Notes under the pieces: model-generated
The model's database searches: none
Seen by the model: only the letters and a program-made list of their open reading frames with translations
Told to the model about the DNA's origin: nothing
Assembly: GCF_000018465.1 (NCBI RefSeq)
Contig: NC_010085.1
Location: 210,001-242,000, forward strand
Length of the DNA: 32,000 nt
Source: Nitrosopumilus maritimus SCM1
GTDB taxonomy: Archaea; Thermoproteota; Nitrososphaeria; Nitrososphaerales; Nitrosopumilaceae
Direction of reading: 5' to 3'
In this document: one piece after another, positions 1-9,582 of the stretch
Layout: each line of letters starts with the position of its first letter
Position numbering within the stretch: position 1 is the first letter of the stretch
Position numbers and translations under genes: made by a program

Positions 1-112
1 ATCTAAAATTATTTTTAGAATTTTTATTTTTGTTGATTTTTGTCGATCTATTCTAGTTTAGTCACGACTAATTTTATCTAGCTTTAAATAATATTTTAAA
101 ATAAAATATTTC

Positions 113-649
113 ATGCCAATAGATGAGAAATTTGTTGAAAATCTAGAAGTCACTGGAAAGACATTGCACTCAGATGGTGAAAATAAACACTTCATCTGGG
201 GTAGCGGCAGAACTGATGGTGAGGCATTTTCAAACGATGATGTCAAAGCAGCATATGAAGCAAGAGGAGAAGAACAAGTTCCTCTTGGAATTCACGGTAC
301 AACTGTAGCAGTTGACTGGGATTCTTGTGTTGCAGCAGGTTCTTGTATGAGTGTCTGTCCTGTTCAAACCTTCCAATGGTATAGAACTGAAAAAGATATC
401 CCAGCAAAAGATGTCAATGGTGCAACTTTTGACGGAACTGGTTTAACTGAACAAGATGAACGTCTAGATTATACAGATAAATCACAACCAATCAGAGAAC
501 ACGATTGTACACAATGTATGGCTTGCCAAGAAGCATGTCCAACACACGCAATCTTGATTGAACCATCTTACCAAGAGTATCACGAAAAAGCTGATGGCTC
601 TTATGTAAAAATGGAATCAAGCTCTGTAAATCCACACGCACACGATTAA
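113..649 (+). CDS. Ferredoxin-family protein with two iron-sulfur Cys clusters
   Basis: 178 aa; motifs CVAAGSCMSVCPVQ and CTQCMACQEACPTHA typical of 7Fe/8Fe dicluster ferredoxins. Confidence 0.9.
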   Translation: MPIDEKFVENLEVTGKTLHSDGENKHFIWGSGRTDGEAFSNDDVKAAYEARGEEQVPLGIHGTTVAVDWDSCVAAGSCMSVCPVQTFQWYRTEKDIPAKDVNGATFDGTGLTEQDERLDYTDKSQPIREHDCTQCMACQEACPTHAILIEPSYQEYHEKADGSYVKMESSSVNPHAHD

Positions 650-654
650 AGAAA

Positions 655-676
655 TTTTTTCTTTTTTCTTATTTTT
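655..676 (+). terminator. T-rich tract downstream of ferredoxin gene, probable archaeal U-tract terminator
   Basis: ttttttcttttttcttattttt directly after the stop codon and before a tRNA gene. Confidence 0.35.
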
Positions 677-729
677 ACAAATTCAATACAGACTCAACAA
701 ATTTTAATGTCTATAATCCATAATTTTTT

Positions 730-813
730 GCAGAGGTCGCCTAGCTCGGTAGGGCGCGGGCCTTGAGAGCCTGTGTGCGCAAGCATACGGGGGTTCAAAT
801 CCCTCTCTCTGCG
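730..813 (+). tRNA. tRNA-Ser (anticodon TGA)
   Basis: GCAGAGG...TCTCTGC acceptor, anticodon loop CTTGAGA, long variable arm TGTGC-GCAA-GCATA, T-arm GGGGGTTCAAATCCCTC. No encoded CCA. Confidence 0.93.
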
Positions 814-816
814 TTT

Positions 817-1752
817 TTAATTTTCTACTTTGGCAAGTTCTGCAAGCATTGCAGATAGTTGGATTTCAGAATTTGAACCAACTAAAATTCTATAATCATA
901 TTTTGCAATAATTTCTAAAATATCTGATAACTTGTCATGTTTTGATTTGAAGACTGCGGAATTCAAATATTTCAAAAAATCTGATTCTGACATTCCATAA
1001 ACTTTGATTAATTCAATCATCTTTTCTCTGGCCTCTGGAACTTTTCCTGATAATGCAATTTTTAGAACTTCATCTACATCTGTAGTTTTTGTCAATCCAG
1101 CAGATGCTTTTACGTTATCTTCTGAAATTGAACCTAAACTTGCAGTAGCTTGCATGAGATTTATTGCATGTCTCAAATCCCCTTCAGAATAATCATAAAT
1201 TGCCTTTAACCCCTTTTTGTCTGCCTTTACCTTTTCTTTTTTGGCAATCTCTTCTAGTCTTTTTATGACATCTTCTTCAGGAACTGCCGTAAATTTGAAA
1301 GTAGCACATCTACTCTGAATAGGATCAATAATTTTTGAGATGTTGTTTGCAATCAAGATAAATCTACATATTTTTGCAGTATCTTCAATAATTCTTCTAA
1401 GTGCTGTTTGAGCATCAGAAGTCATTTCATCAGCTTCATCTAAAATTATAATTTTGAATGGAACATCTGCCATGCCTGCATATCTTGAAAACTTTTTCAC
1501 CTTTTCTCTGACCATTCCAATTCCTCTTTCATCAGATGCGTTTAGTTCTAAGGTGTAATCCTTAGCATAATCCCCTAAAATCTGTCTGGAGATACATAAT
1601 GCAGTTGTTGTTTTTCCAACACCAGCTGATCCAGAAAATAATAGGTGAGGCATATCTGTAGGATCTTTGATTAAAGCTTCAAGACTTCCAATAATTTCTG
1701 TTTGATTAACTACTTCAGAAAGTTTCATTGGTCGATATTTTTCTACCCACAT
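817..1752 (-). CDS. rfcS: Replication factor C small subunit (clamp loader)
   Basis: MWVEKYRPMKL start (preferred over the track start at 1785), Walker A GSAGVGKTT, DEAD-type DEADEMT, SRC motif QSRCATFKF. Confidence 0.95.
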   Translation of the reverse strand: MWVEKYRPMKLSEVVNQTEIIGSLEALIKDPTDMPHLLFSGSAGVGKTTTALCISRQILGDYAKDYTLELNASDERGIGMVREKVKKFSRYAGMADVPFKIIILDEADEMTSDAQTALRRIIEDTAKICRFILIANNISKIIDPIQSRCATFKFTAVPEEDVIKRLEEIAKKEKVKADKKGLKAIYDYSEGDLRHAINLMQATASLGSISEDNVKASAGLTKTTDVDEVLKIALSGKVPEAREKMIELIKVYGMSESDFLKYLNSAVFKSKHDKLSDILEIIAKYDYRILVGSNSEIQLSAMLAELAKVEN

Positions 1753-1882
1753 TCCAGTTGCAGCCATATGAGTACATGGAAGCAATTCCCACTAATAAAT
1801 CCGAATTGGTTATTGTATCATCCCCCATTATTCAAATCAAAATTATTCGTAAACTTGTGTGCGATCAGGCTCAAGTTAATTT

Positions 1883-1959
1883 AGATCAATTGATCTCACC
1901 AAATTGTAAAAAGAATTGATCGATCCGAAACTTGAGGATCTTCAAGATGATCAGTGATC
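1883..1959. promoter_or_regulatory. GATC-rich palindromic region between rfcS and the GINS-MCM operon
   Basis: Palindromes AGATCAATTGATCT (1883-1896), GATCGATC (1918-1925), CTTGA-n6-TCAAG (1931-1946), GATCA-G-TGATC (1949-1959). Confidence 0.4.
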
Positions 1960-1963
1960 TCTA

Positions 1964-2482
1964 ATGGAAATAGATAAAGTAGAAAAAGTACATTCGATTG
2001 GATACCGCCTAAAGGATGCTAAAGTTACAGTTAACCAAGACTACAAATTCAATGTGGCTGGTCTCAAGGCTGAAGGAAAACAAGGTGAGGTAAACAACAT
2101 GCCTCAGTGGGTAGGCAAAATCTTAGCAGACAATAATTTGGGAGTTCTTGACTCTCCTGATATGATTACTGAACTCAAACAAGCATTATCAAAAGAAAAA
2201 ATGGTTGGAGAATATCAAATATCTACACTTGATTCTCACTTTTACATTAAACTAAAGGAATCTATGAAAGAATTGAACAGAGATGATTTTGATAAAGTCG
2301 AAAGTATGATGTTGGAATTATTTAGAATGAGGAGAGGAAAGTTAGTAAAGTTAGCTGACTCTATAAAACTAAATTCAGATTTGTACAACAAACTAACTGT
2401 TGAAGAAGTTGTTTTTTACAAAACCATCTATGAAAATAGTATAGAATTTGAAAATCAAATAAAAGGTGAACAAGATGAGTAG
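1964..2482 (+). CDS. GINS complex subunit, probably Gins23-like
   Basis: 172 aa; RMRRGKLVKLA helix typical of GINS, apparent B-then-A domain order, start codon precedes and overlaps MCM gene. Confidence 0.75.
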   Translation: MEIDKVEKVHSIGYRLKDAKVTVNQDYKFNVAGLKAEGKQGEVNNMPQWVGKILADNNLGVLDSPDMITELKQALSKEKMVGEYQISTLDSHFYIKLKESMKELNRDDFDKVESMMLELFRMRRGKLVKLADSIKLNSDLYNKLTVEEVVFYKTIYENSIEFENQIKGEQDE

Positions 2483-4562
2483 TGCTCAAACTAGTACGTT
2501 TACTGATTCAGCGTTATCTGACAAAGTAAAAGAGTTCTTGACTAGATTCAAAGATGCTAATGGTGAATACAAGTATGTACAAGAAATTGATGAGATGATG
2601 CCAAAGAATTCAAAATACATTATCGTTGATTACAATGATCTTATTGTTGAACCTGAAATCATATCTATATTCTCAGAAAATCCTGATAGAATATTTGATG
2701 CATTCTCAAGAGCAATAAAAGAAGCGTTACAAACAAGATTCCCTGATTATGCTGAAAAAATTAAAGATGAAGTTCGTGTTAGGTTAGTCAATTATCCTTC
2801 TGAACGAAGTCTTAGACAAATTAATGCTGAAACTATTGGAACCATTACAAGTGTTTCCGGAATGGTAGTTAGAGCTTCTGAAGTAAAACCTCTTGCAAAA
2901 GAGTTGATCTTTGTTTGTCCTGATGAACATCAGACTAAAGTGATTCAGATTAAAGGAATGGATGTAAAGGTTCCAGTTGTTTGTGATAATCCAAATTGTA
3001 AACAAAGAGATTTTGATTTAAAACCTGAAGCAAGTAAATTCATTGATTTTCAGATAATGAGATTACAAGAACTTCCTGAAGATCTGCCTCCTGGACAACT
3101 CCCTCACTATATTGATGTGACTGTTAGACAGGATTTAGTAGATAATGCTAGGCCTGGAGACAGAATTGTCCTTACAGGGGTAGTTAGAGTAGAACAAGAG
3201 TCTGTTACCGGTGTCACTCGTGGTCATAGTGGACTGTATAGACTGAGAATTGAAGGAAATAACATTGAATTTTTGGGTGGACGTGGTTCAAAAACTTCAA
3301 GAAAAATTGAAAGAGAAGAAATTTCTCCTGAAGAAGAAAAAATGATTAAAGCATTAGCTGCTAGTCCTGATGTTTATCAAAGATTAATTGATTCATTTGC
3401 TCCACACATCCAAGGACAATCATTAATCAAAGAAGCCATTTTGTTACTAATTGTAGGTTCTAATCAAAGACCATTAGGTGATGGCAGTAAAATTAGAGGA
3501 GACATTAACGTATTTCTTGTTGGTGACCCTGGTACTGCAAAAAGTGAGATGCTAAAATTTTGTTCTAGAATAGCTCCACGTGGTTTGTATACTTCTGGTA
3601 GAGGTTCAACTGCAGCAGGACTCACTGCTGCAGTTGTAAGAGACAAAACAGGAATTATGATGCTAGAAGCTGGTGCAGTTGTACTTGGTGATCAAGGTCT
3701 TGTAAGTATAGATGAATTCGATAAGATGAAACCTGAGGATAGAAGTGCATTGCACGAAGTCATGGAACAACAGTCTGCAAGTATTGCAAAAGGTGGTATC
3801 GTTGCAACATTAAACGCAAGAACATCTATTTTAGCTGCAGCAAACCCTATGTATGGAAAATATGATCCATTCAAAAACATCACTGAAAATGTCAATTTAC
3901 CAATTCCTCTTTTGACAAGATTTGATTTGATCTTTGTAGTTAGGGACATTCCAACCAAAGAACGTGATGAACAAATTGCAAGACACATTATAGAATTACA
4001 CACTCCTCAAGGAACTGATAAAAAATCTGTAGTTGATGTTGATTTACTTACAAAATATCTCTCATATGCTAAACGAGGTACTCCAGATCTAACAAAAGAG
4101 GCAGAACAAAAAATTCTTGATTATTATCTAGAAATGAGAAACGTTGAATCTGAGGAAATGATTACAGTTACTCCTAGACAACTTGAGGGTATTATCAGAC
4201 TTTCAACTGCTCGAGCAAGACTACTCATGAAAGATAAGGTAGAAGAAGAGGACGCTGAGCGTGCAATATTCCTGATTCAAAGCATGCTTCAAGATGCTGG
4301 TGTTGATGTTAATACTGGAAAAGTCGATCTTGGTGTTCTACAAGGAAAACCTAGAAGCGAAGTCTCTAAAATGCAGTTATTCATGGATATTCTCAAAGGA
4401 TTAGAAGGTGACAACAAGATTCCTGTTGAAGAAAAAGCATTTGTTAAAGAACTTGAAAAGAGTGAAAAATTCACTGAGGAAGAAGCAAGAAATTACATTA
4501 GAAGAATGCTCAGAGAAGCATCTATTTATGAATCAAAACCCGGTCATTATAACCGAGTATGA
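2475..4562 (+). CDS. mcm: Replicative DNA helicase MCM
   Basis: GDPGTAKSEMLKF Walker A, LVSIDEFDKM Walker B, LTRFDLIFVV arginine finger, zinc-binding CPDEHQ...CDNPNCKQ. ATG at 2475 preferred over GTG at 2466. Confidence 0.97.
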   Translation: MSSAQTSTFTDSALSDKVKEFLTRFKDANGEYKYVQEIDEMMPKNSKYIIVDYNDLIVEPEIISIFSENPDRIFDAFSRAIKEALQTRFPDYAEKIKDEVRVRLVNYPSERSLRQINAETIGTITSVSGMVVRASEVKPLAKELIFVCPDEHQTKVIQIKGMDVKVPVVCDNPNCKQRDFDLKPEASKFIDFQIMRLQELPEDLPPGQLPHYIDVTVRQDLVDNARPGDRIVLTGVVRVEQESVTGVTRGHSGLYRLRIEGNNIEFLGGRGSKTSRKIEREEISPEEEKMIKALAASPDVYQRLIDSFAPHIQGQSLIKEAILLLIVGSNQRPLGDGSKIRGDINVFLVGDPGTAKSEMLKFCSRIAPRGLYTSGRGSTAAGLTAAVVRDKTGIMMLEAGAVVLGDQGLVSIDEFDKMKPEDRSALHEVMEQQSASIAKGGIVATLNARTSILAAANPMYGKYDPFKNITENVNLPIPLLTRFDLIFVVRDIPTKERDEQIARHIIELHTPQGTDKKSVVDVDLLTKYLSYAKRGTPDLTKEAEQKILDYYLEMRNVESEEMITVTPRQLEGIIRLSTARARLLMKDKVEEEDAERAIFLIQSMLQDAGVDVNTGKVDLGVLQGKPRSEVSKMQLFMDILKGLEGDNKIPVEEKAFVKELEKSEKFTEEEARNYIRRMLREASIYESKPGHYNRV

Positions 4563-6688
4563 AAATAGAAAAACTAGAACTTCCAGAATCTGCAATTGAA
4601 TTTTTAAAATCACAAGGATTTGAAAAATTATATCCACCACAAGCTGATAGCGTAAAATCTGGATTACTTGACGGAAAAAATATACTGGTATCTGCTCCAA
4701 CTGCAAGTGGAAAAACTTTGATTGCAATGCTTGCAATGATGAGTTACATTTCAAAAAATAAAGGCAAAGTGATCTATCTCAGTCCTTTGAGAGCTTTGGC
4801 TGCTGAAAAATTCTCAGAATTTAAAAAATTAGAAAAAGTTGGATTGGGAAATAAAACCAAAGTTGGAATATCTACTGGTGATTTTGAAAATATTGAAAAA
4901 AATCTAGAAAAAAATAGCATTTTGATTTTGACTAATGAAAAAATGGATTCTATAATACGACATGGCGCTGAATGGATTGATGAAATTGGTTTAGTAATTG
5001 CAGATGAAGTTCATCTAATTGGTGATGAAAGTAGAGGTCCAACATTGGAGATGATCTTAACTCAACTCAAGCTCTTGGAAACAAAACCTCAAATCGTTGG
5101 TCTTAGTGCAACCATTACAAATTCTGATGAAATTGCAGATTGGCTTGAATGTGTTTTAGTAGAAAATTCTTGGAGACCTGTACCACTTTCAGAAGGAGTA
5201 TGTGATGCAGGTGAAGTAACTATGGCTGATGGCACTGTATTTGAAGTTGAGCGTAGTATACGTGGAACTCCTATTGATTTAGGCGTGCAATCGGTCAAAG
5301 ATGGCGGACAATCACTAGTTTTTGCTGAAACCAGAACCCGCTCAAAATCTCTTGCAACAAAAGCTGCAGATGCAATATCTCAAATCTTGGAGAAAAAAGA
5401 AATATCTCAATTAGAAAAAACTTCAAAAAAAATCCTATCTGAAAATGAACATACAGAATTGGTAAAAACATTGGCTCTTCTGGTAAAAAAAGGAGTTGCA
5501 TTTCATCATGCCGGATTAAATCAAAACTGTCGAGAAATAATAGAAACAGAATTTAGAAATGGGACTATCAAATTGCTATCATCTACTCCAACTTTAGCTG
5601 CAGGAGTTAATTTACCTGCAAGAAGAGTTGTAATTTCTAATGTAAATAGATACAATGCAAAGGTTGGTGCAAATAGACCAATTAGTATTCTAGAATACAA
5701 ACAGCTTTGTGGAAGAGCAGGACGACCACAATATGATAATCATGGAGAATCAATTATTGTTGGTAATGGAAATACTGATGATTTAATTGACTATTACATT
5801 CATGGGGAACCTGAACCCATTGAATCTAAAATTACTGATGACAAATCATTAAGAACACACTTGCTTAGTGTTATTGTAACAAATCCTGGAATTAAAAAAG
5901 AAGATATTCTAGAATTCTTTTTGCAAACGCTTGGTGGTATGCAATCTCGTAAAGCAACTGTAAAATTTGCAATTGATATTTCCTTACGCTTTCTTTCTAG
6001 TCAGTATTTGATTGTCAAAAAAGGTGAAAGATATGCTGCAACTGAATTTGGTAAAAAAACTTCAATGCTATACATTGATCCACTTACAGCTACTTACTTT
6101 AGGGATGCACTTGAAAATGTGTCTGAAGAAAGAAAACACACATTTGGATTCCTGCATTTAATTTCAAATTGTGAAGAATTTTTCCCAAAATTCTCTCTAA
6201 GGCAAAAAGACTATGAAACAGCAAGTCTTATGATAGAAAACAATTCGTCAGAACTCTTAGAACCAATTTCAGAGTATGATTGCTCTAGAAGTCTTTTGGC
6301 CCTTCAGTCATGGATTACTGAATCTACAGAATTAAACCTCTCTGATAGCCTTGGAATTGAGTCTGGTGATATGCATAGAATGACTGAAACTGGGAATTGG
6401 CTTTGTTACTGCCTAAGAGAGATTGCAAAACATGTTGAACGGGCAGATTTGCTTGAAGAATTAGGCGATTTACGCAGACGAATATCTTATGGCATTAGAG
6501 AAGAATTACTTGATCTAGTTAGGGTCAAAGGAATAGGTAGAGTGCGAGCAAGAATTCTATTCAAACATGGAATCAAAAATCTTGATGATCTGGCAAAAAT
6601 TCCTGTGAATAAATTGGCAGAAATAGATAAAATTGGTTCAACCATTGCGGATAACATCAAGACAGAGTTACGAAGGGTTAGATATTGA
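4559..6688 (+). CDS. hel308: Ski2-like helicase Hel308/Hjm
   Basis: APTASGKT, DEVH, SATI, QLCGRAGRPQYD; C-terminal helix-hairpin-helix RVKGIGRVRARILF; ATGA overlap with mcm. Confidence 0.93.
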   Translation: MKIEKLELPESAIEFLKSQGFEKLYPPQADSVKSGLLDGKNILVSAPTASGKTLIAMLAMMSYISKNKGKVIYLSPLRALAAEKFSEFKKLEKVGLGNKTKVGISTGDFENIEKNLEKNSILILTNEKMDSIIRHGAEWIDEIGLVIADEVHLIGDESRGPTLEMILTQLKLLETKPQIVGLSATITNSDEIADWLECVLVENSWRPVPLSEGVCDAGEVTMADGTVFEVERSIRGTPIDLGVQSVKDGGQSLVFAETRTRSKSLATKAADAISQILEKKEISQLEKTSKKILSENEHTELVKTLALLVKKGVAFHHAGLNQNCREIIETEFRNGTIKLLSSTPTLAAGVNLPARRVVISNVNRYNAKVGANRPISILEYKQLCGRAGRPQYDNHGESIIVGNGNTDDLIDYYIHGEPEPIESKITDDKSLRTHLLSVIVTNPGIKKEDILEFFLQTLGGMQSRKATVKFAIDISLRFLSSQYLIVKKGERYAATEFGKKTSMLYIDPLTATYFRDALENVSEERKHTFGFLHLISNCEEFFPKFSLRQKDYETASLMIENNSSELLEPISEYDCSRSLLALQSWITESTELNLSDSLGIESGDMHRMTETGNWLCYCLREIAKHVERADLLEELGDLRRRISYGIREELLDLVRVKGIGRVRARILFKHGIKNLDDLAKIPVNKLAEIDKIGSTIADNIKTELRRVRY

Positions 6689-7677
6689 TTAATTTAGTTA
6701 TTCCAGCAATTGTTTCATGTATTATTGCATTTTTTGTTGTTTTTGTTACTACGCCTCCACTAATCAGATTTTTAGAAAAAAGAAACATGGCAGTAAAAGA
6801 TATGAACAAAAAGGAAAACGTTATGGTTGTAAGACCTGGTGGACCATCAATAATTTTGGGAATAATAGTTTCAGAAATTGTTTTGTATGCATTTTTACAA
6901 CTAAATGAAATTATTGCAATTGTCATTACAACTAGTGCTGCATTTGCAATAGGATATGTTGATGATAGAAAAGTTATGGGAGGGTGGTTTAAACCTGTAG
7001 CGCTTGCTATCGCTGCAATTCCAATAATTGTATTTGGTGCATATGAAACTGATTTGGCATTTCCATTATTTGGAGATGTACAAATTCCTGTTCTCTATAT
7101 TGGATTGATTATTCTAATGATTCCAATTACTGGAAACACAATCAACTCTATTGATGTTTTAAATGGAGTTGCAAGTGGATTTATGGTGATAGCAAGTTTT
7201 TCGTTGTCTATTTGTTTATTCATAATACAAAACTATGAAATTGCAATTGTTAGTTTACCTCTGGGATTTGTTTCATTAGCATTTTACAAATATCATAAGA
7301 TACCAAGTAAAATTTTCCCAGGTGACTCTGGGGCTTTAACTTTGGGTGCAATGTATGGCTCTATAGCAATTGTGGGAGGTGTAGAAATTATTGCAGCAGT
7401 TGCATTACTTCCTGCAGTAATTAACTCATTTTTGTTCCTCTCAAGCGTAAAGAAAATAGTAGAACACAGGCAAGTCAAAGGAAAACCTGTAGAACATACT
7501 GAAGGTTTCAAATTAAAAGCAACTGATGATAAAACAGCCCCTGTTACTTTGGTGAGATTAATTCTTGCAGGAGGACCTATGTCTGAAAAGCAAGTGGGAT
7601 TTGCAATCTTTAAACTGGCTGTATTTTCAGGAATTTTGGCTGTAATCACCGCATTCATGATGGGGGTTTCTCTTTGA
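6685..7677 (+). CDS. GT4-family UDP-sugar:(dolichyl/undecaprenyl) phosphate sugar-1-phosphate transferase, integral membrane
   Basis: Motifs YVDDRK, NTINSIDVLNG, FPGDSGALTLG with about 10 hydrophobic segments; MraY/WecA/DPAGT1/AglH family pattern. Confidence 0.85.
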   Translation: MINLVIPAIVSCIIAFFVVFVTTPPLIRFLEKRNMAVKDMNKKENVMVVRPGGPSIILGIIVSEIVLYAFLQLNEIIAIVITTSAAFAIGYVDDRKVMGGWFKPVALAIAAIPIIVFGAYETDLAFPLFGDVQIPVLYIGLIILMIPITGNTINSIDVLNGVASGFMVIASFSLSICLFIIQNYEIAIVSLPLGFVSLAFYKYHKIPSKIFPGDSGALTLGAMYGSIAIVGGVEIIAAVALLPAVINSFLFLSSVKKIVEHRQVKGKPVEHTEGFKLKATDDKTAPVTLVRLILAGGPMSEKQVGFAIFKLAVFSGILAVITAFMMGVSL

Positions 7678-7904
7678 AGGCTGGAATTTATGGATTTTTG
7701 TTTGCAATGTGGATTTTAATTCTAATTGGTGGTGGAATTATGGTAGTTGTTTTAGGTCCCTTCACAATTCAACAATTTGGAGAATTCAATTGGATGATTG
7801 CATCGGGAATAAAAGTTGGAATTGCGATGATTTTGATTATTGCATGGATTTTGATTCTAACTAAGATGAAGAATTGGATTTTCAGAAAAGAGATAAAATC
7901 TTAA
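7674..7904 (+). CDS. Small hypothetical membrane protein (two TM segments)
   Basis: 76 aa, hydrophobic; 4-nt overlap with preceding GT4 gene. Confidence 0.6.
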   Translation: MKAGIYGFLFAMWILILIGGGIMVVVLGPFTIQQFGEFNWMIASGIKVGIAMILIIAWILILTKMKNWIFRKEIKS

Positions 7905-8377
7905 CTTTCTAACCATTCTTTTTGTTTTTTATCGTACTCTTCTCTAGTTTTTCTAATTGTAGCTGGTGAACCCATTACAACAACATTCTCAGGAACATCT
8001 CTGGTTACAACTGATCCCATTGCAACAACACTGTTTTTTCCAACAGTCACTCCAGCTTTTAACACTGCACGTGCTCCAATTATTGCACCATCTTCTATTG
8101 TAACTCCAATCATTTTATCACACATTGGATAAGGATCATTTGTTAAAACAGCAGCTGGTCCAATGAATGCATTTTTACCAATTCTTGAGAGTGGTGGAAT
8201 GTAAGCTGAACCTTCAATCTTTGTATTGTCTCCAATCTTTACATCGTAATCTATGTGAACCAGAGATCCGATTTTGACATTGTCTCCAATCTCCACATTG
8301 TCTCCAACATAACTGAAATGCCAAATTGATACGTTTTGTCCAATTTTTGCTTTATCTGAAATAAAATTTGTAACCAT
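7901..8377 (-). CDS. Left-handed beta-helix acyltransferase (WlbB/WbpD-like N-acetyltransferase family)
   Basis: Hexapeptide repeats (VEIGDNVKIGSLVHIDYDVKIGDNTKIEG...), PAAVLTNDPYP, GVTVGKNSVVAMGSVVTRDV. Confidence 0.85.
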   Translation of the reverse strand: MVTNFISDKAKIGQNVSIWHFSYVGDNVEIGDNVKIGSLVHIDYDVKIGDNTKIEGSAYIPPLSRIGKNAFIGPAAVLTNDPYPMCDKMIGVTIEDGAIIGARAVLKAGVTVGKNSVVAMGSVVTRDVPENVVVMGSPATIRKTREEYDKKQKEWLES

Positions 8378-8380
8378 TTT

Positions 8381-8650
8381 CTATAAGTGCCATGGTTTTG
8401 CCTTTGTAATAATTTTTTCAGGTAATTTATCTTTGAAATTTTCTAAAAATTCCATTTCTTGTTTTTTATCACGTAATTCATCAGGAAGCATAATTGGAAT
8501 TTCTTCAATTATAGGATAAAATCTAGTGCATTTTGGACAAAACAAAACCCCTTCTGAAACAATGTCACTTTTTTCATTTATCTCAAACAATTCTAAAGGG
8601 TGATTCTTGTCAATTGGACATGCTAGTATGTCCGTCATAGTTTTGTTCAT
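8381..8650 (-). CDS. Trm112/UPF0434-like zinc-binding protein
   Basis: MTDILACPIDK...GVLFCPKCTRFYPIIEEIPIMLPDE; ATGA overlap with upstream Gfo/Idh gene. Start could be the internal ATG at 8638. Confidence 0.8.
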   Translation of the reverse strand: MNKTMTDILACPIDKNHPLELFEINEKSDIVSEGVLFCPKCTRFYPIIEEIPIMLPDELRDKKQEMEFLENFKDKLPEKIITKAKPWHL

Positions 8651-9582
8651 TTTAGATCTAAGTATATTGGAACTCCTTTCTGACTAGATAAAAGTGCAGC
8701 TTCAGCAATCTTTGAAACATTTACTGCTTGTTGTGCTTTTACAATATGTTCATCTTTGCCTTCAACAGCATTAAGAAAACTTTGAATTTCTAATAGTAAG
8801 GGTTCTTGTTTTTCATTTTCTATATTTTCTATTTCTTCTTGTTTTTCTACTTTGATTTCTTGTGTGATAAAATCTGATGAAATTCTTGCATCATTACAAA
8901 TTGCATGAAATTTTCTAATTCTTTTTGGAGTAATCCAATTTGATGTAATAATTGCAACTTTGTTATCTTTGTATCCTAGCATGATTGTTGCAAAATCTTC
9001 ATGTTCATGTTTGATTTGTCCTGATCTTGCAAATACAACGTTTGGCATTTCATCAAACAACCAATTTGCAGTATCAATATCGTGTACTGAAGTATCATAG
9101 ATTATTCCTACATCTTTAATGTGAAGTGGCATTCTGTTTTCTCTATGAAATTCAAGCATAATCAAATCCCCATATTTTTTTTCTTTAACAAGATTTTTTA
9201 CAATTCCTACTGCAGGATTAAATCTCTCAATATATCCGCAGGTTAGAATTACTCTGTTTTTATCTGCAAGTCTTGCAAGTTCTTCACCTTCTTCAGTTTT
9301 GTATGTGAGAGGCTTTTCAACAAAGACATGTTTTTTTGCCTCAAGTAATTTTTTTGCAATTTCTGCATGTGTGGATGTTGGTGTAATGACAAATGCACCA
9401 TCAAATTCTTCAGATGAAATCATATTTTCAAGAGATTCATAGTGATTGACAGAATATTTTTCTCCAAATTCTTTACTGCGTTGTGTGTCTGCATCACAAA
9501 TCGCACTTAGCACTCCTAATTCTGATAATATTCTAGCATGATTCTTGCCCCATCCTCCGGTACCAATCTGAACAATTTTCAT
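8647..9582 (-). CDS. Gfo/Idh/MocA family NAD(P)-dependent oxidoreductase
   Basis: IGTGGWGKNHARIL Rossmann start, EKPLTY motif, YDTSVHDIDTANWL. Confidence 0.9.
   Translation of the reverse strand: MKIVQIGTGGWGKNHARILSELGVLSAICDADTQRSKEFGEKYSVNHYESLENMISSEEFDGAFVITPTSTHAEIAKKLLEAKKHVFVEKPLTYKTEEGEELARLADKNRVILTCGYIERFNPAVGIVKNLVKEKKYGDLIMLEFHRENRMPLHIKDVGIIYDTSVHDIDTANWLFDEMPNVVFARSGQIKHEHEDFATIMLGYKDNKVAIITSNWITPKRIRKFHAICNDARISSDFITQEIKVEKQEEIENIENEKQEPLLLEIQSFLNAVEGKDEHIVKAQQAVNVSKIAEAALLSSQKGVPIYLDLK

Noticed and set aside
1728-1919. Plus-strand 63-aa ORF spanning the rfcS start and the GATC-rich spacer
   Set aside because: Overlaps the conserved rfcS N-terminus on the opposite strand, with no recognisable domain; likely random.
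4408-4599. 63-aa ORF bridging mcm and hel308
   Set aside because: Out of frame with both conserved proteins, which already overlap by ATGA; low-complexity Lys-rich translation.
7293-7658. Minus-strand 121-aa ORF inside the GT4 gene
   Set aside because: Entirely antisense to a well-supported membrane enzyme; no motif.
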